In this document: piece by piece, positions 20,839-31,056 of the stretch
Layout: each line of letters begins with the position of its first letter
How positions within the stretch are numbered: the first letter of the stretch is position 1
NCBI GenBank assembly: GCA_019058365.1
Contig: JAHPZE010000007.1
Coordinates: 1 to 64,000 of the forward strand
Length of the DNA: 64,000 bases
Source: Promethearchaeota archaeon
Lineage (GTDB): Archaea; Asgardarchaeota; Lokiarchaeia; Sigyniarchaeales; SOKP01
Direction: 5' to 3'
Translations under genes and position numbers: made by a program
Notes under the pieces: generated by a model
The model's input: only the letters and a program-made list of their open reading frames with translations
What the model was told of the DNA's origin: nothing
Databases searched by the model: none

Positions 20839-22533
20839 TCATTCTTCTTCTGTGTCAAACTCCTTGTATATATTTTCTAAGAAATCCAGAAAATGCGGAT
20901 CTCTTGTTGCGTTTGGATCGAGATCATCCTCCAAGTTATCGATATATTTCATCAAGGTGGGTAATTTATCTGTTGGAGGTATCGCTGCTAATCGTGGAAG
21001 ACCCCATTTTTTCGCTTTCTGCAACGTTTCTAATGTTAATCCCTCAGCGTTAGAGTGTGGATCCATAACTTCCATTCGTGTAAAGTTCATGTACTGCATC
21101 ATATGCCCTCCTTCGTCAATAGTACACCATGATCCATCAGGTCCGTCGTCAAGCATGTAACCCTTTTTCTGCCATTTTTTTTTAACAGGAAAGTGAACTT
21201 TTCTAACGAAGTCGTAGAGCTTATCCGGCGATAAGTAAATACCAGCAGGAAGTGGTCCATTCGTACCTGCCATGGGCATTTCACAGGCTTTTAACGTGAA
21301 GTTTTTTAAAACGATCATTTGGAATAGCGCTTGATAGTGTCCACGAAGGAATTCAGGGGTACAAAATTCTTTTGGGATATATTCTTCGAAATTTTTCACT
21401 ACTCCAGAAGTATCCCCTATTTTAAGCGGATTATGATCTGGCCATGGATCGATAATTTTAGCATTAGTTTTTTTAGCAATTTCTTTTAGGGTGTTCACGC
21501 AATAATCATAATGAGCCTGATTTATAGCGACGATATGTCCAAACCACCCTCCTTTTTCCAGCATCTTTCCAAAGAAATTTGCCCGTCTCATTCGCGCCCA
21601 TTCATTCTTTGAAATAGAAACGAGGGCTTCCTGCTTAGTGGTAGAGCATCTACCAAAGGAGTCCAATATTTCTGCCTCTCCTATTAAATATATTCCATCG
21701 CATTCTCGGTCATAATTGTTCCATATAATCATTAATAGTTTATTGTAGGGGCCATCCTTTAAGTTGAACCAGGGAGGTCTTCCCCCTGCGGAAATCTTTT
21801 TTGGACCATACCAAGGATATAATTTTATGGCTACTTTGGTAAAAATACCACGCGTTCCGAAAGCGCCCCCTTCACCCCTAATTACACCATATAAACTTGG
21901 ACCTGGGCCATCTCCGCTAAACCATCCCGCATTAGGCGTATTTGGAGACCCTAACGTTACCTTCTCACCTGTAGGTAAGATCCACTCGAGTGCAAGCCCA
22001 TTACGCTCATTATATCCTCGTGTTATAGAACTATCTCCACTCCCTCCCACGCTCGTGATCGATGCGAGAGGCGAAATAGATGCTCCCGCGTCAATCATGT
22101 GAGGCGCTAATCCGTGTTTTATACATTCGGTAAATATTTCTGCTTGGGTAACATATGGTTCTACAACGGCGTACATATGTTCCTTGTTGATTTCGATAAT
22201 TTTATTCAGCCTACAAAGATCGATCGTAATTCCATCTCTATCTTGAGGAAATGCTCCAGGATATTGCCCCGTTGAGTGAGCCTTGTACCTCACCTTATAC
22301 TTATTACATGATTTCACAATTTCTTGAATTTCTTCGATAGATCCTGGAAGTACTATAGCAGATGCACGGTTCCACCACACACCACGGTACATTCCTTGAG
22401 TAGGAACGCCTAAAAAAGTTGCATGACATGCATATGAGTCTAAAACGGCTGGATCTTTGCTCACGTTTTCTGGACCAACTATTTTCTGAATTTCCTTGTA
22501 AAATCTTTTTGAAAATGGCATTTTATCACTCAC
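20839..22533 (-). CDS. FAD-binding oxidoreductase (VAO/PCMH / GlcD-like)
   Basis: IVLPGS, IDLCRLNKI, VVEPYVT, LEWILPTG, GIFTK, LDPN motifs. Confidence 0.85.
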   Translation of the reverse strand: MSDKMPFSKRFYKEIQKIVGPENVSKDPAVLDSYACHATFLGVPTQGMYRGVWWNRASAIVLPGSIEEIQEIVKSCNKYKVRYKAHSTGQYPGAFPQDRDGITIDLCRLNKIIEINKEHMYAVVEPYVTQAEIFTECIKHGLAPHMIDAGASISPLASITSVGGSGDSSITRGYNERNGLALEWILPTGEKVTLGSPNTPNAGWFSGDGPGPSLYGVIRGEGGAFGTRGIFTKVAIKLYPWYGPKKISAGGRPPWFNLKDGPYNKLLMIIWNNYDRECDGIYLIGEAEILDSFGRCSTTKQEALVSISKNEWARMRRANFFGKMLEKGGWFGHIVAINQAHYDYCVNTLKEIAKKTNAKIIDPWPDHNPLKIGDTSGVVKNFEEYIPKEFCTPEFLRGHYQALFQMIVLKNFTLKACEMPMAGTNGPLPAGIYLSPDKLYDFVRKVHFPVKKKWQKKGYMLDDGPDGSWCTIDEGGHMMQYMNFTRMEVMDPHSNAEGLTLETLQKAKKWGLPRLAAIPPTDKLPTLMKYIDNLEDDLDPNATRDPHFLDFLENIYKEFDTEEE

Positions 22534-23815
22534 CTTCTTTTGTTAGTGTCATTAATACTATCTCGGCAATATCATAAAATTTTATGTTAGAATCTACCTC
22601 TGCAATGGCATCTTTTAGATTTGTACTGCAGAAAGGGCAATGTGAAGTTAATATTTCCGCTCCTGTTGCTTCAGCTTCTATGATCCGTTCTTTAGCTGCC
22701 CAAATTGCGAAGTCTGGGAACGCTGCCTTTGCACCTCCGCCAGCACCACAACACCAAGCGTATTCTTTAATTCTTTCCATTTCCACTAATTCGACACCAG
22801 GAATCGCTTTTAAAACATTTCTTGGAGCTTCGTAGCAGCCTCCAAGACCCATTCTCACTGGGCGTTCTGGAACGGGTTCGAATATATGAGGGTCAGTTAA
22901 TTTCCATTCACCCTTCCATTCGGGCATAAATTCTGAGCCTCGTCCAAGATGACAAGGATCGTGATAGGTAACTTTCATCAACAGCTCATTTTTGAACTCT
23001 AATTCTCCCCTCTTAATTTTCTCGTCTAATACCTCAGCGAGATTCACAACTTCAAACGAAAATTCTTTGAGCATCGCAGGATATTTTGTTTTAAACATCC
23101 CGTAACAACCAGCACAAGACGTTAAAATCTTTTTAGCACCACTTTTTCTAATCTTTTTAAACACGTTTCTTGCAATTTCTTTCGCTTTGTTATATTGTCC
23201 CGTTTGATAAATAGGACTACCACAGCACGTTTCATCATCACCTAAAACCATGAAATCAACACCAATCTTGTTTAGCACTTTTACCGTCGCGCGTGCTATT
23301 TCAGTTCTACGGTAAGAAGACGTGCATCCCGTCCAATATATAACATCAGCTTTTTCGTTTACTTTTACTTCTTCAGGCATCCAATCAAAACGGTTTTCGT
23401 GAGCTTCGTTATAAGGATTGTTCCTTTTTTCGATAGATTCTGTGTACTCTTTATGAGCAGGTAATGGAGCAGCCCCACTGAGAACCGCACTGTATTTTAA
23501 AGCGTAGATAATGCTATTAAGGTCAGTTAGATAATTATTAGTTCGACAGGAAATGTGGCAAGCTCCACAATTCGTACATGTATATAAGATTTTAAGCATC
23601 TCATCTGTCCATTCTTTTATTCTTTCTTGATGGACTCCAAGAGCCATTTGGATTTTTCCCGATCCAGAATACGCATGAAATTTATATCTTGCTAGAGAAG
23701 GACATATTTTTGAAAATCTATGACTTTCCAAAACTGCCCACGGTACAAACTTACAATGTGAACATCTAAAACAATTGTTCATCTCATATTCTAATTTTTC
23801 TAACGTTCTAACCAT
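22526..23815 (-). CDS. Fe-S oxidoreductase with CCG domains (HdrD/GlcF-like)
   Basis: CFRCSHC, CTNCGAC, TCCGS, YHDPCHLGR, WCCGAGGG, CPFC motifs. Confidence 0.9.
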   Translation of the reverse strand: MVRTLEKLEYEMNNCFRCSHCKFVPWAVLESHRFSKICPSLARYKFHAYSGSGKIQMALGVHQERIKEWTDEMLKILYTCTNCGACHISCRTNNYLTDLNSIIYALKYSAVLSGAAPLPAHKEYTESIEKRNNPYNEAHENRFDWMPEEVKVNEKADVIYWTGCTSSYRRTEIARATVKVLNKIGVDFMVLGDDETCCGSPIYQTGQYNKAKEIARNVFKKIRKSGAKKILTSCAGCYGMFKTKYPAMLKEFSFEVVNLAEVLDEKIKRGELEFKNELLMKVTYHDPCHLGRGSEFMPEWKGEWKLTDPHIFEPVPERPVRMGLGGCYEAPRNVLKAIPGVELVEMERIKEYAWCCGAGGGAKAAFPDFAIWAAKERIIEAEATGAEILTSHCPFCSTNLKDAIAEVDSNIKFYDIAEIVLMTLTKEGE

Positions 23816-25285
23816 TTAAATCCTCTCAGTAAAGCATAATTTTCCAGGATTCATTACATTCTTAGGATCAAACAAGTCTTTAACTTTTCTCAAAACTGGG
23901 ACAACATCTTGATAATTTGAAAACACCTTATTTGTTAAAATGTCGTATGGCCTGCTAAAATAGGCACCAGCACTTATCACTTGATCTACTGCATCTATTA
24001 CAAAGTTTTTAATTAGATTTTCTTGGGTTTGATCATCTGGGGTTAAATGCAAATTGAATTCGACGTGAGCGTGAATGCCTTGCTTGCAGGGTTGTACATA
24101 AACTCCAATATCTGACATTGGAAAACCTGTTTTAATAGCTAATTTCTCCACAAGATCGACAAAAAATGCTGATTTTTTCAAGGATGTTAAGAAAAATAAA
24201 TCTCTCATATCACCTTTAACTCTAATCTTCCAATAAGGTTCTTCAGATGGTTTTCTGATAACCTTCGTCATTATCTCATTAGCATTTGTTCCTGGTATAG
24301 AATCTAACATTGGAATGTTCCTTTCCTTTATCACTGTTTTTTTATAATTAATCATATCCTCGGGTAGCACGCTAAAACCTGAAACCGTGTAGATTAATGT
24401 CCATGGGAGAAGTTCATTGGTTAATTCTCTAATTTTTTTTGGATCTTTTCTAAGTAAACTCGCTAAACTTAGAGAGTTTAAAATAAAAACATCGTCTACG
24501 GTTCGATCGTATACCAATTGATGAGCATATGTAGTTAGTTCCGATAAGTTATTACTATGAGCAAAATAGAGTTCTTCCCGTTTTGGAAGCAATTCACATC
24601 TCAAACTCGCCCATGTACACGCACATAACGTTCCCTGAGAAGCACTTCCAACTTTCCTGATATTGAATGAAAATACCCCAAAAGGTACTTTGTGAGAAAA
24701 TCCCTGTTCTCGCTGCCATTTTTCGTCATTCCCACAAAAACCAACCTCGCCACCCCATAAAATATCTCCACTACCAAGCATCACTTCGGTAGAAGCCAAG
24801 GGATCTGCTGCATCCCAGTGATATTTAGGGAGAGTGTTCGGTACTCGCTCCCAATGGGCGCTAATTACAGATTTTGTTGATCTTGGACATAATGGTTGAG
24901 CGATTCTTAATCCCTGTTTTTTTAGTTCTTCTTGGAGTTCACCAAAGGTTACTCCAGGTTCAACGACACACACTCTATTTTTTCGTTGAATCCATTCAAT
25001 CTTCTTCATATTGCTTAAATCTAGAATTACTGTTTTGTCTTTTGTTGGGATCGTGTCGCCATGAAACCTTGGACCTTTAGAACTTACGGGAATTATTTTA
25101 AAATCCATCCTATTTGCTAAATGTATAATTTTTTGAATTTCAGGACGCTTTTTAGGCTTAACGACTAATTCAGGCATTTTGGGAGTAGCAAAAGAATGAT
25201 CTTTTGAATAATCTTTTAATATCTCAAGGTCGTCTAGTACGTTATTTTCTCCTACAATTTTTACTAAATCTTCTCTAAATCTCAT
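23816..25285 (-). CDS. FAD-binding oxidoreductase (GlcD/D-lactate dehydrogenase-like)
   Basis: PELVVKP, LDLSNMKKI, VVEPGVTF, FDPKNVMNPGK motifs. Confidence 0.85.
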   Translation of the reverse strand: MRFREDLVKIVGENNVLDDLEILKDYSKDHSFATPKMPELVVKPKKRPEIQKIIHLANRMDFKIIPVSSKGPRFHGDTIPTKDKTVILDLSNMKKIEWIQRKNRVCVVEPGVTFGELQEELKKQGLRIAQPLCPRSTKSVISAHWERVPNTLPKYHWDAADPLASTEVMLGSGDILWGGEVGFCGNDEKWQREQGFSHKVPFGVFSFNIRKVGSASQGTLCACTWASLRCELLPKREELYFAHSNNLSELTTYAHQLVYDRTVDDVFILNSLSLASLLRKDPKKIRELTNELLPWTLIYTVSGFSVLPEDMINYKKTVIKERNIPMLDSIPGTNANEIMTKVIRKPSEEPYWKIRVKGDMRDLFFLTSLKKSAFFVDLVEKLAIKTGFPMSDIGVYVQPCKQGIHAHVEFNLHLTPDDQTQENLIKNFVIDAVDQVISAGAYFSRPYDILTNKVFSNYQDVVPVLRKVKDLFDPKNVMNPGKLCFTERI

Positions 25286-26069
25286 ATTCTTTCATCAATC
25301 TATCTATTATAGACAATAATTTCTTGTTAAAATAATCTAAAACTTGCTTTTTTGATATTATGTGTATGATTTTAACAGTATTTTCGATAGAAAACTCTAT
25401 CCATTTATCTGATTTTTTCATTAATTGCATGTATCTCGCATTTCTAAAACTAATTTTTCCTTTAACAGAAATCCAAAAAAATAAACCTGGAAGTCCTTCT
25501 AAGACCATTCCTGGACCTTTCTTTTTCGTTAGTCCTGTCTTGAAAATTTCTCTTAATATACCTCTTAGATCGAGCTTAACTACAAAGAGCTTTTTTTTTT
25601 TAATTTCATTCATCGATACCAGTCGTTTCTCAATCAATGAATAGGGTATAATTTTACGATTTCTTGATTTCTGTTTTCCAATGACTCTTTTCAATAACTT
25701 GTTTGCCAAATTTGAATTCAAAAGTCTTGAAATACCTTTTTGAGGAAGCAGTCTGATGATATAATAAACAAATTTCATGATGATTTCAATAGATAATGAG
25801 CTTTTAATCTTATATAGAAGAAATTTGTCTTCTCTAGTCGAAATAACGATGCCTTTATCGCGATATTTTCGAAAATCTGGAAAAAGAAGAAGTCCCCTCA
25901 ATAATGTAGTTCTTAGCTCAGTATCCGCAATAATTTGTTGTATCACGTCAATAAGATTTAATTTTAAATCTTTAATAAAAACAGTTTTATCTATATCACC
26001 TGAAATGTACTTAATAAAGAATTTTTTAATTAATTGGCTAGAATCATTTGTTTTTGTAACTATTGTCAT
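25275..26069 (-). CDS. Hypothetical protein, first gene of the oxidoreductase cluster
   Basis: 264-aa ORF overlapping the next gene by 11 nt. Confidence 0.55.
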   Translation of the reverse strand: MTIVTKTNDSSQLIKKFFIKYISGDIDKTVFIKDLKLNLIDVIQQIIADTELRTTLLRGLLLFPDFRKYRDKGIVISTREDKFLLYKIKSSLSIEIIMKFVYYIIRLLPQKGISRLLNSNLANKLLKRVIGKQKSRNRKIIPYSLIEKRLVSMNEIKKKKLFVVKLDLRGILREIFKTGLTKKKGPGMVLEGLPGLFFWISVKGKISFRNARYMQLMKKSDKWIEFSIENTVKIIHIISKKQVLDYFNKKLLSIIDRLMKEYEI

Positions 26070-26211
26070 CTATATCATCTTATTTTTTAAATTTCCTTCC
26101 CAATTAAAAAAGAAGTATTTTTTGTATGATTTCTAAACATTTTAATTTCAATATTTAAGAATATAAATATTTTCTTTATTTAACTTTTTTATTTGAAATT
26201 GTAAATTATTT

Positions 26212-26605
26212 ATGGCTCCAGAAATTCCTATTTATTGTTCTGAAATTACAAAAAAACTTTTAACAATCATTTCAGATCTTTCAGATGATGATTTTTTTAC
26301 GATATACTTATCATGTGAAAGAGAAGAGAAGTGGTGGTTATTTTCCAGGTTCTTTATATAAAAAGAAAAAATATCGAGATAGGAAAATTAATATAATTAA
26401 TCCAAATGATATTATAGAAATTCCTGAAGAAAGAGGAATCTTCAGAGTTAAAGGATATTCTGTCGATCATTCAATGCCCGAAGCGATGGCATTTGAAGTA
26501 ATTACAAAAAAAGGAAAGAAAACATTATATACAGACGATATTGGATTTTATGGTCATAAACATGAAAAAAGTAATTCGATGAATTATTTTTTAAGTATAA
26601 TGTAG
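26212..26605 (+). pseudogene. Fragment of an RNase J-like MBL-fold hydrolase
   Basis: MAPEIPIYCSEITK... shifts frame at a T7 run (26292-26298) into ...VDHSMPEAMAF...LYTDDIGFYG; truncated at both ends. Confidence 0.65.
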
Positions 26606-26820
26606 TTATAAACCTTTAGATCAATTTAATAGATAAAAATTTCTTCCAAATTTTTCACAATGGGTATAATTCGAAGTAGAAGAAATTCTTAAGTTTCATG
26701 GTTAAGTACTACTGGAAAAGTTTGATTTTAGTAAGAAGATATTCCTATCGCTAATTTTTTTAGAAACCACTTCCTACTAATATTCAGATGGAAAATTTTG
26801 TGAGATTTAAGAATGTAATA

Positions 26821-26895
26821 TCATTGCCAAAAATTTCTAAAATTTGGATCATTCATTGCCAACAATTACTAAATGTATTGCTAATATTAATTAAA
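26821..26895 (+). promoter_or_regulatory. Direct repeats with TTGCYAA core upstream of pyrF
   Basis: TCATTGCCAAAAATTTCTAAA (26821) and TCATTGCCAACAATTACTAAA (26853) match at 19/21; third core TTGCTAA at 26878. Confidence 0.45.
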
Positions 26896-26918
26896 AAATA
26901 CACTAGTTATTAATCATC

Positions 26919-27839
26919 ATGAATTTTATAGAGGATTTAATTCAATTAATAAAAGAAAAAAAAAGTGTTGTCTGTATGGGACTTGATCCCAGAATGGATA
27001 ATGAAGGAGAAATTCCTCAATATCTAATTGAAGAAATAAAAGAGCCAAATAAAATCATTATTGAATTTAATAAAATATTAATCGAAAATACATATGAATT
27101 AATTCCTGTTATTAAACCCCAAATAGCTTTCTATGAAAAATATGAAGCCTTAGGTGCTTTAAAGGAAACTATAAAATTTGCACATAAAAGAGGTTTGCTG
27201 GTAATTTTAGACGCGAAGCGAAATGATATTGGAAGTACATCTGAAGCGTATGCTTATTCAATATTTGAGAATATAAAAGTTGATGCTTGTACTATTAATG
27301 CATATTTAGGTTTTGATGGAGTTAAACCTTTTTTAGAATACAAAGAAAAAGGAGTTTTTGCTCTTGTAAAAACATCAAACCCTAGTAGTGCAGAATTTCA
27401 AGATTTATTTAGCATAAGATTAGAAGAGATTCCTAAGAATGTTATTGAATATGAAGTAGAGAAAAAGATTTTAAAAAGGAATTATATTCAGCTTGCTGAG
27501 CTTATACATAATTGGAACAGGAATTTAGCAAAGTTTTCTAATTTCACTAATTTAGGAGTTGTTGTAGGGGCAACTTATCCTCGGGAATTAAAAAAAGTGC
27601 GAGAAATTGTAAAAAATTCTTTCATATTAATACCTGGCTACGGTGCTCAAGGTGCTCAAGCGAAGGACATTAAAAATGGTTTTTATAAGAATGGATTAGG
27701 CGGAATTGTAAACTCTTCAAGGAGTATAATTTACGCGTACCATAAAAATAGAAATTATTCCCAAGAGAACTTTGGAAAAGCCGCTAGAGATGAGGTAATT
27801 GAAATGAATAAGAAGATCAACAGAGAAATAATGAACTAA
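26919..27839 (+). CDS. pyrF: Orotidine-5'-phosphate decarboxylase (subfamily 2)
   Basis: CMGLDP, KPQIAFYE, DAKRNDIGST, KTSNP, VVGAT, PGYGAQG, NSSRSI motifs. Confidence 0.95.
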   Translation: MNFIEDLIQLIKEKKSVVCMGLDPRMDNEGEIPQYLIEEIKEPNKIIIEFNKILIENTYELIPVIKPQIAFYEKYEALGALKETIKFAHKRGLLVILDAKRNDIGSTSEAYAYSIFENIKVDACTINAYLGFDGVKPFLEYKEKGVFALVKTSNPSSAEFQDLFSIRLEEIPKNVIEYEVEKKILKRNYIQLAELIHNWNRNLAKFSNFTNLGVVVGATYPRELKKVREIVKNSFILIPGYGAQGAQAKDIKNGFYKNGLGGIVNSSRSIIYAYHKNRNYSQENFGKAARDEVIEMNKKINREIMN

Positions 27840-27843
27840 TTTG

Positions 27844-28251
27844 TTAAAGACTTCCTCCTAAACTTGAAGCAATAGTAACCATAGCGAATACAATTGGAAT
27901 TACAATAAAAAACATAACAACAATAGATCTTTTTAAACCAATTCGATGAATTAAATTAATAATGTTCACATCTATAAAAACAGCAAAGAAAACCACTAGC
28001 ATTATTATACCTGGATCTCCTTGAAATCTCCCAATCATCCCATATAAGATTAAAGGAGAACCAATAAAAAAAATAACTCCAAATTGAATACCAAAGCTAG
28101 CAACAACCCATTTCAAATTTTTTTTTACCTCAGCCTTAGTGATAAGTAAACCAATCTTTAAAAGTAATATATCAAAAAGGATCAGCATGATTGCGGGAAT
28201 AATTGGTCCCATACTAGTAGTCGCAAATTGAAAAAACATTAATATCACCAA
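27844..28251 (-). CDS. Small membrane protein (about 4 TM)
   Basis: Hydrophobic ORF; GGTGAT SD-like motif suggests the real start is ATG 28239. Confidence 0.65.
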   Translation of the reverse strand: MVILMFFQFATTSMGPIIPAIMLILFDILLLKIGLLITKAEVKKNLKWVVASFGIQFGVIFFIGSPLILYGMIGRFQGDPGIIMLVVFFAVFIDVNIINLIHRIGLKRSIVVMFFIVIPIVFAMVTIASSLGGSL

Positions 28252-28427
28252 ATAAATCTTAATTATTTTAGGTTTTAAAAAATCAATTTTTATTTAAAAT
28301 AATTTTTAACTATAAGAAACATTTTATTAAAACAATTTAAATTTAATTAATTAGTATAGATTTGTATTGATTATATATTAATGAAATAGGAGGAAATATA
28401 AAAGAGATTAGATAAAGGTAATATGCA

Positions 28428-30407
28428 ATGGTAGAAACTAAAGACGAAACAGTTCAATATGACGAAGAAATACCAAGGATTGCTGTGTTTATCTGCCAAT
28501 GAGGTTTAAATATTGCTGAAATTATTGATACTAAAGCATTAGTAGAATTTTCAAAAACTCTTCCCGGGGTTGTCGAATCTTTAGACTACATCAGTCTTTG
28601 TACCGAACCTGGTGCTGAATTCATTAAAGAAAAAATGATTGAAAGTAATGCAAATAGATTAGTTATAGTATCTTGTACTCCTAAAACTCACGAACCCGTT
28701 TTTAAAAGTGTGTTAGAATCAATGGGAATAGATCCATCTTACCTTGAATTTGCTAATATCCGAGAACATTCTAGTTTTGTGCATAAAAAGGATAAACCTG
28801 GTGCTCAAAGGGTTGCGGAAGACATAATCCGATCTGCTGTGGCAAGAGCTTCGGTTTTAGAGAAAATTTTGGTTAAAGAAGTGGATATAACAAAAACCGC
28901 TTTAATTATTGGTGGAGGAGTAGCAGGATTATCAGCAGGGATTGATCTCGCTGAAGAAGGATTTGAAGTGCATTTAGTGGAAATAAGTCCTACAATAGGT
29001 GGTAAAATGGCTAAATTGGATCGTACTTTTCCTACAGATGATTGTAGTATATGAATATTAGGGCCAGTAATGTTACAAGCAGCAAGAACACCTGGGCTCA
29101 AAATGTATACATATAGTGAAATTGAAGATGTTTCTGGTTTTGTTGGGAATTTCACTGTAAAAATAAGAAAAAGAGCACGGTATGTAACAAATGATTGTAA
29201 CGGGTGTGGAGCATGTTATGAAGTGTGTCCTGCATATGGATATAATGAATTCAACGAGGGAATGGATTCAAGAAAAGCTATATATGGAGCATTTGCCCAA
29301 GCAGTTCCCTCTTTAGCTCAAATTGATATGGAACGATGTATCAAATGTGAATTGTGTAAAGGTGTTTGTGAGCTAAATGCGATTGATTTCGATCAAAAAG
29401 ATGAAATTGTTGAAATAAAGGCGGGTTCAATTGTTGTTGCAACTGGTTGGGATGAATTTGAACCGCCAACTGGATATTTAGGTTATAATAAATATCCCAA
29501 CGTAATTACTCAATTAAAACTTGAAAGAATGTTAGCTCCAAATGGACCCACGGTAGGACATTTAATAAGACCTTCGGATAGAAAAGAACCACAGAGAATA
29601 TTATTCATTCAATGTGTTGGGTCAAGGGATTTAAACATGAATACATATTGTAGTTCTGGTGTATGTTGTATGATTTCTATAAAAAATAGTAAATTGATTA
29701 AACAACATTATCCAGAGGCAGATATTTCAGTTGCTTATATAGATATGCGAGCTGCTGGAAAAGATTATGAAGAATACTTCACACTTTCGAGAAAAGAAGG
29801 TATTAAATATATAAGAACAAATATCAGTAGAATCAAGGAAGATCCAGATACACATAATTTAAAAATAATAATGCAAAATACGTTAGGATCAGGTGGATTA
29901 AGAGAATTTGAATTTGATTTAGTAATACTCTCTGCTTCAATGGTTCCTGCTACTGGTGTTAAAAAAATCGAAAAGTTACTTAAAATGGAAACTAGCCAAG
30001 ATGGGTTCTTTAAAGAATTTCATGCTAGATTAAATCCTATTGACACAAAAATTCCCGGAATAGTCCTTGCAGGAGCTAGTCAAGGTCCAAAATCTATAGT
30101 TGAATCTATAGCACAAGGTAGAGCAGCAGCATCTTCACTTGCTAGACTTATGGGTAAAGATAAATATCGGATTTTACTGATCCGTGGATCTGTTGATAAA
30201 AAACGATGTGCGAAATGTGGATTATGTGAGTTAAATTGCCCATATGATGCCATAAGTCTAACAGATGAGGGAGCTGAAGTGAATGAGATCTTATGTAGTG
30301 GTTGTGGGAGCTGTTTAGCTAACTGTCCTTCAGAAGCCATAACCCTTAGATATTATAGAGAACCCCAATATGAAAAACAAATAGACGCAATTTTAGAGGA
30401 AATATAG
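28428..30407 (+). CDS. hdrA: Heterodisulfide reductase subunit A, selenoprotein with two Sec (UGA 28500-28502 and 29052-29054), 659 aa
   Basis: One continuous frame: IAVFICQ-UGA-GLNI (family CxC), GGGVAG FAD motif, FPTDDCSI-UGA-ILGP (family CxxC), ferredoxin motifs, QCVGSRD, CSSGVCC. Confidence 0.92.
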
Positions 30408-30420
30408 AGGGGTGAATTTA

Positions 30421-30891
30421 ATGAATGAGACATCAAATAATGATATAAAAATTTTAACATTCCTTTGTTGGAAATGAGGTTATGGTGCTGGAGATATGGC
30501 TGGAACGATTCGAGCACAATATCCAGCTACATTGAGACCTGTTAGGATCAATTGTTCAGGAAGAATTACACCATCTTTAATGATGCGTGCAATAGGTAAA
30601 GGTGCTGATGGGGTTGCTATTGGGGCTTGATACAAGGGTGAATGTGATTATGAAACTGGAAATTTAGTTGCCGAAAGGAATGTCATTTATACAAAAGAAA
30701 TTTTGAAGACAATTGGACTCTCCCCTGAACGAATTCAAATGTTTCATTGTAGTGCCGCTGAGGGAACGCGATTTCAAAGTGAAGCAACTCGTATTTCAGA
30801 AACGATCAAAAATTTAGGCCGCAATCCTTTAAAAGATTCTAATTCTTCTAAGAAAGAGGAGAAGGAATCAAAAAAGAAAAAAACCGAATAG
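30421..30891 (+). CDS. mvhD: MvhD/VhuD [2Fe-2S] subunit, selenoprotein with two Sec (UGA 30475-30477 and 30628-30630), 156 aa
   Basis: FLCWK-UGA-GYGAGD, INCSGRI, GADGVAIGA-UGA-YKGECDY, SAAEG; GGGGTGA SD before ATG 30421. Confidence 0.92.
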
Positions 30892-30930
30892 AATGACCCT
30901 TTCAAGTAAATTTTAGTTGAATTGGGACTA
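30889..30930 (+). promoter_or_regulatory. Eukaryote-type SECIS element in the 3' UTR
   Basis: AUGA (30893-30896), 11-nt arm containing UUCAA, apical AAA (30908-30910), UUGAA arm, GA (30926-30927); closed by UAG/CUA; starts at the mvhD stop. Confidence 0.75.
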
Positions 30931-31056
30931 ACCTGGTGAAGGTTTCGGAATTCAATAGTTTTAAATTTATATATAAATTTTATATCTTTCTTTTAAGTTT
31001 TTATTTTAAAAATTATTTTCTAATTTACTAATAATTTTTATTAAAGTGAGTTTAAG

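Noticed and set aside
26212-26605. Programmed frameshift or intron in the MBL hydrolase
   Set aside because: The gene lacks both ends, the conserved TGD appears as TDD, and there is no BHB; ordinary decay fits better.
28428-30891. Genome-wide UGA reassignment
   Set aside because: UGA ends ordinary genes here (35939-35941 and the Ubl after GG); the in-frame UGAs occur only at Cys-equivalent sites.
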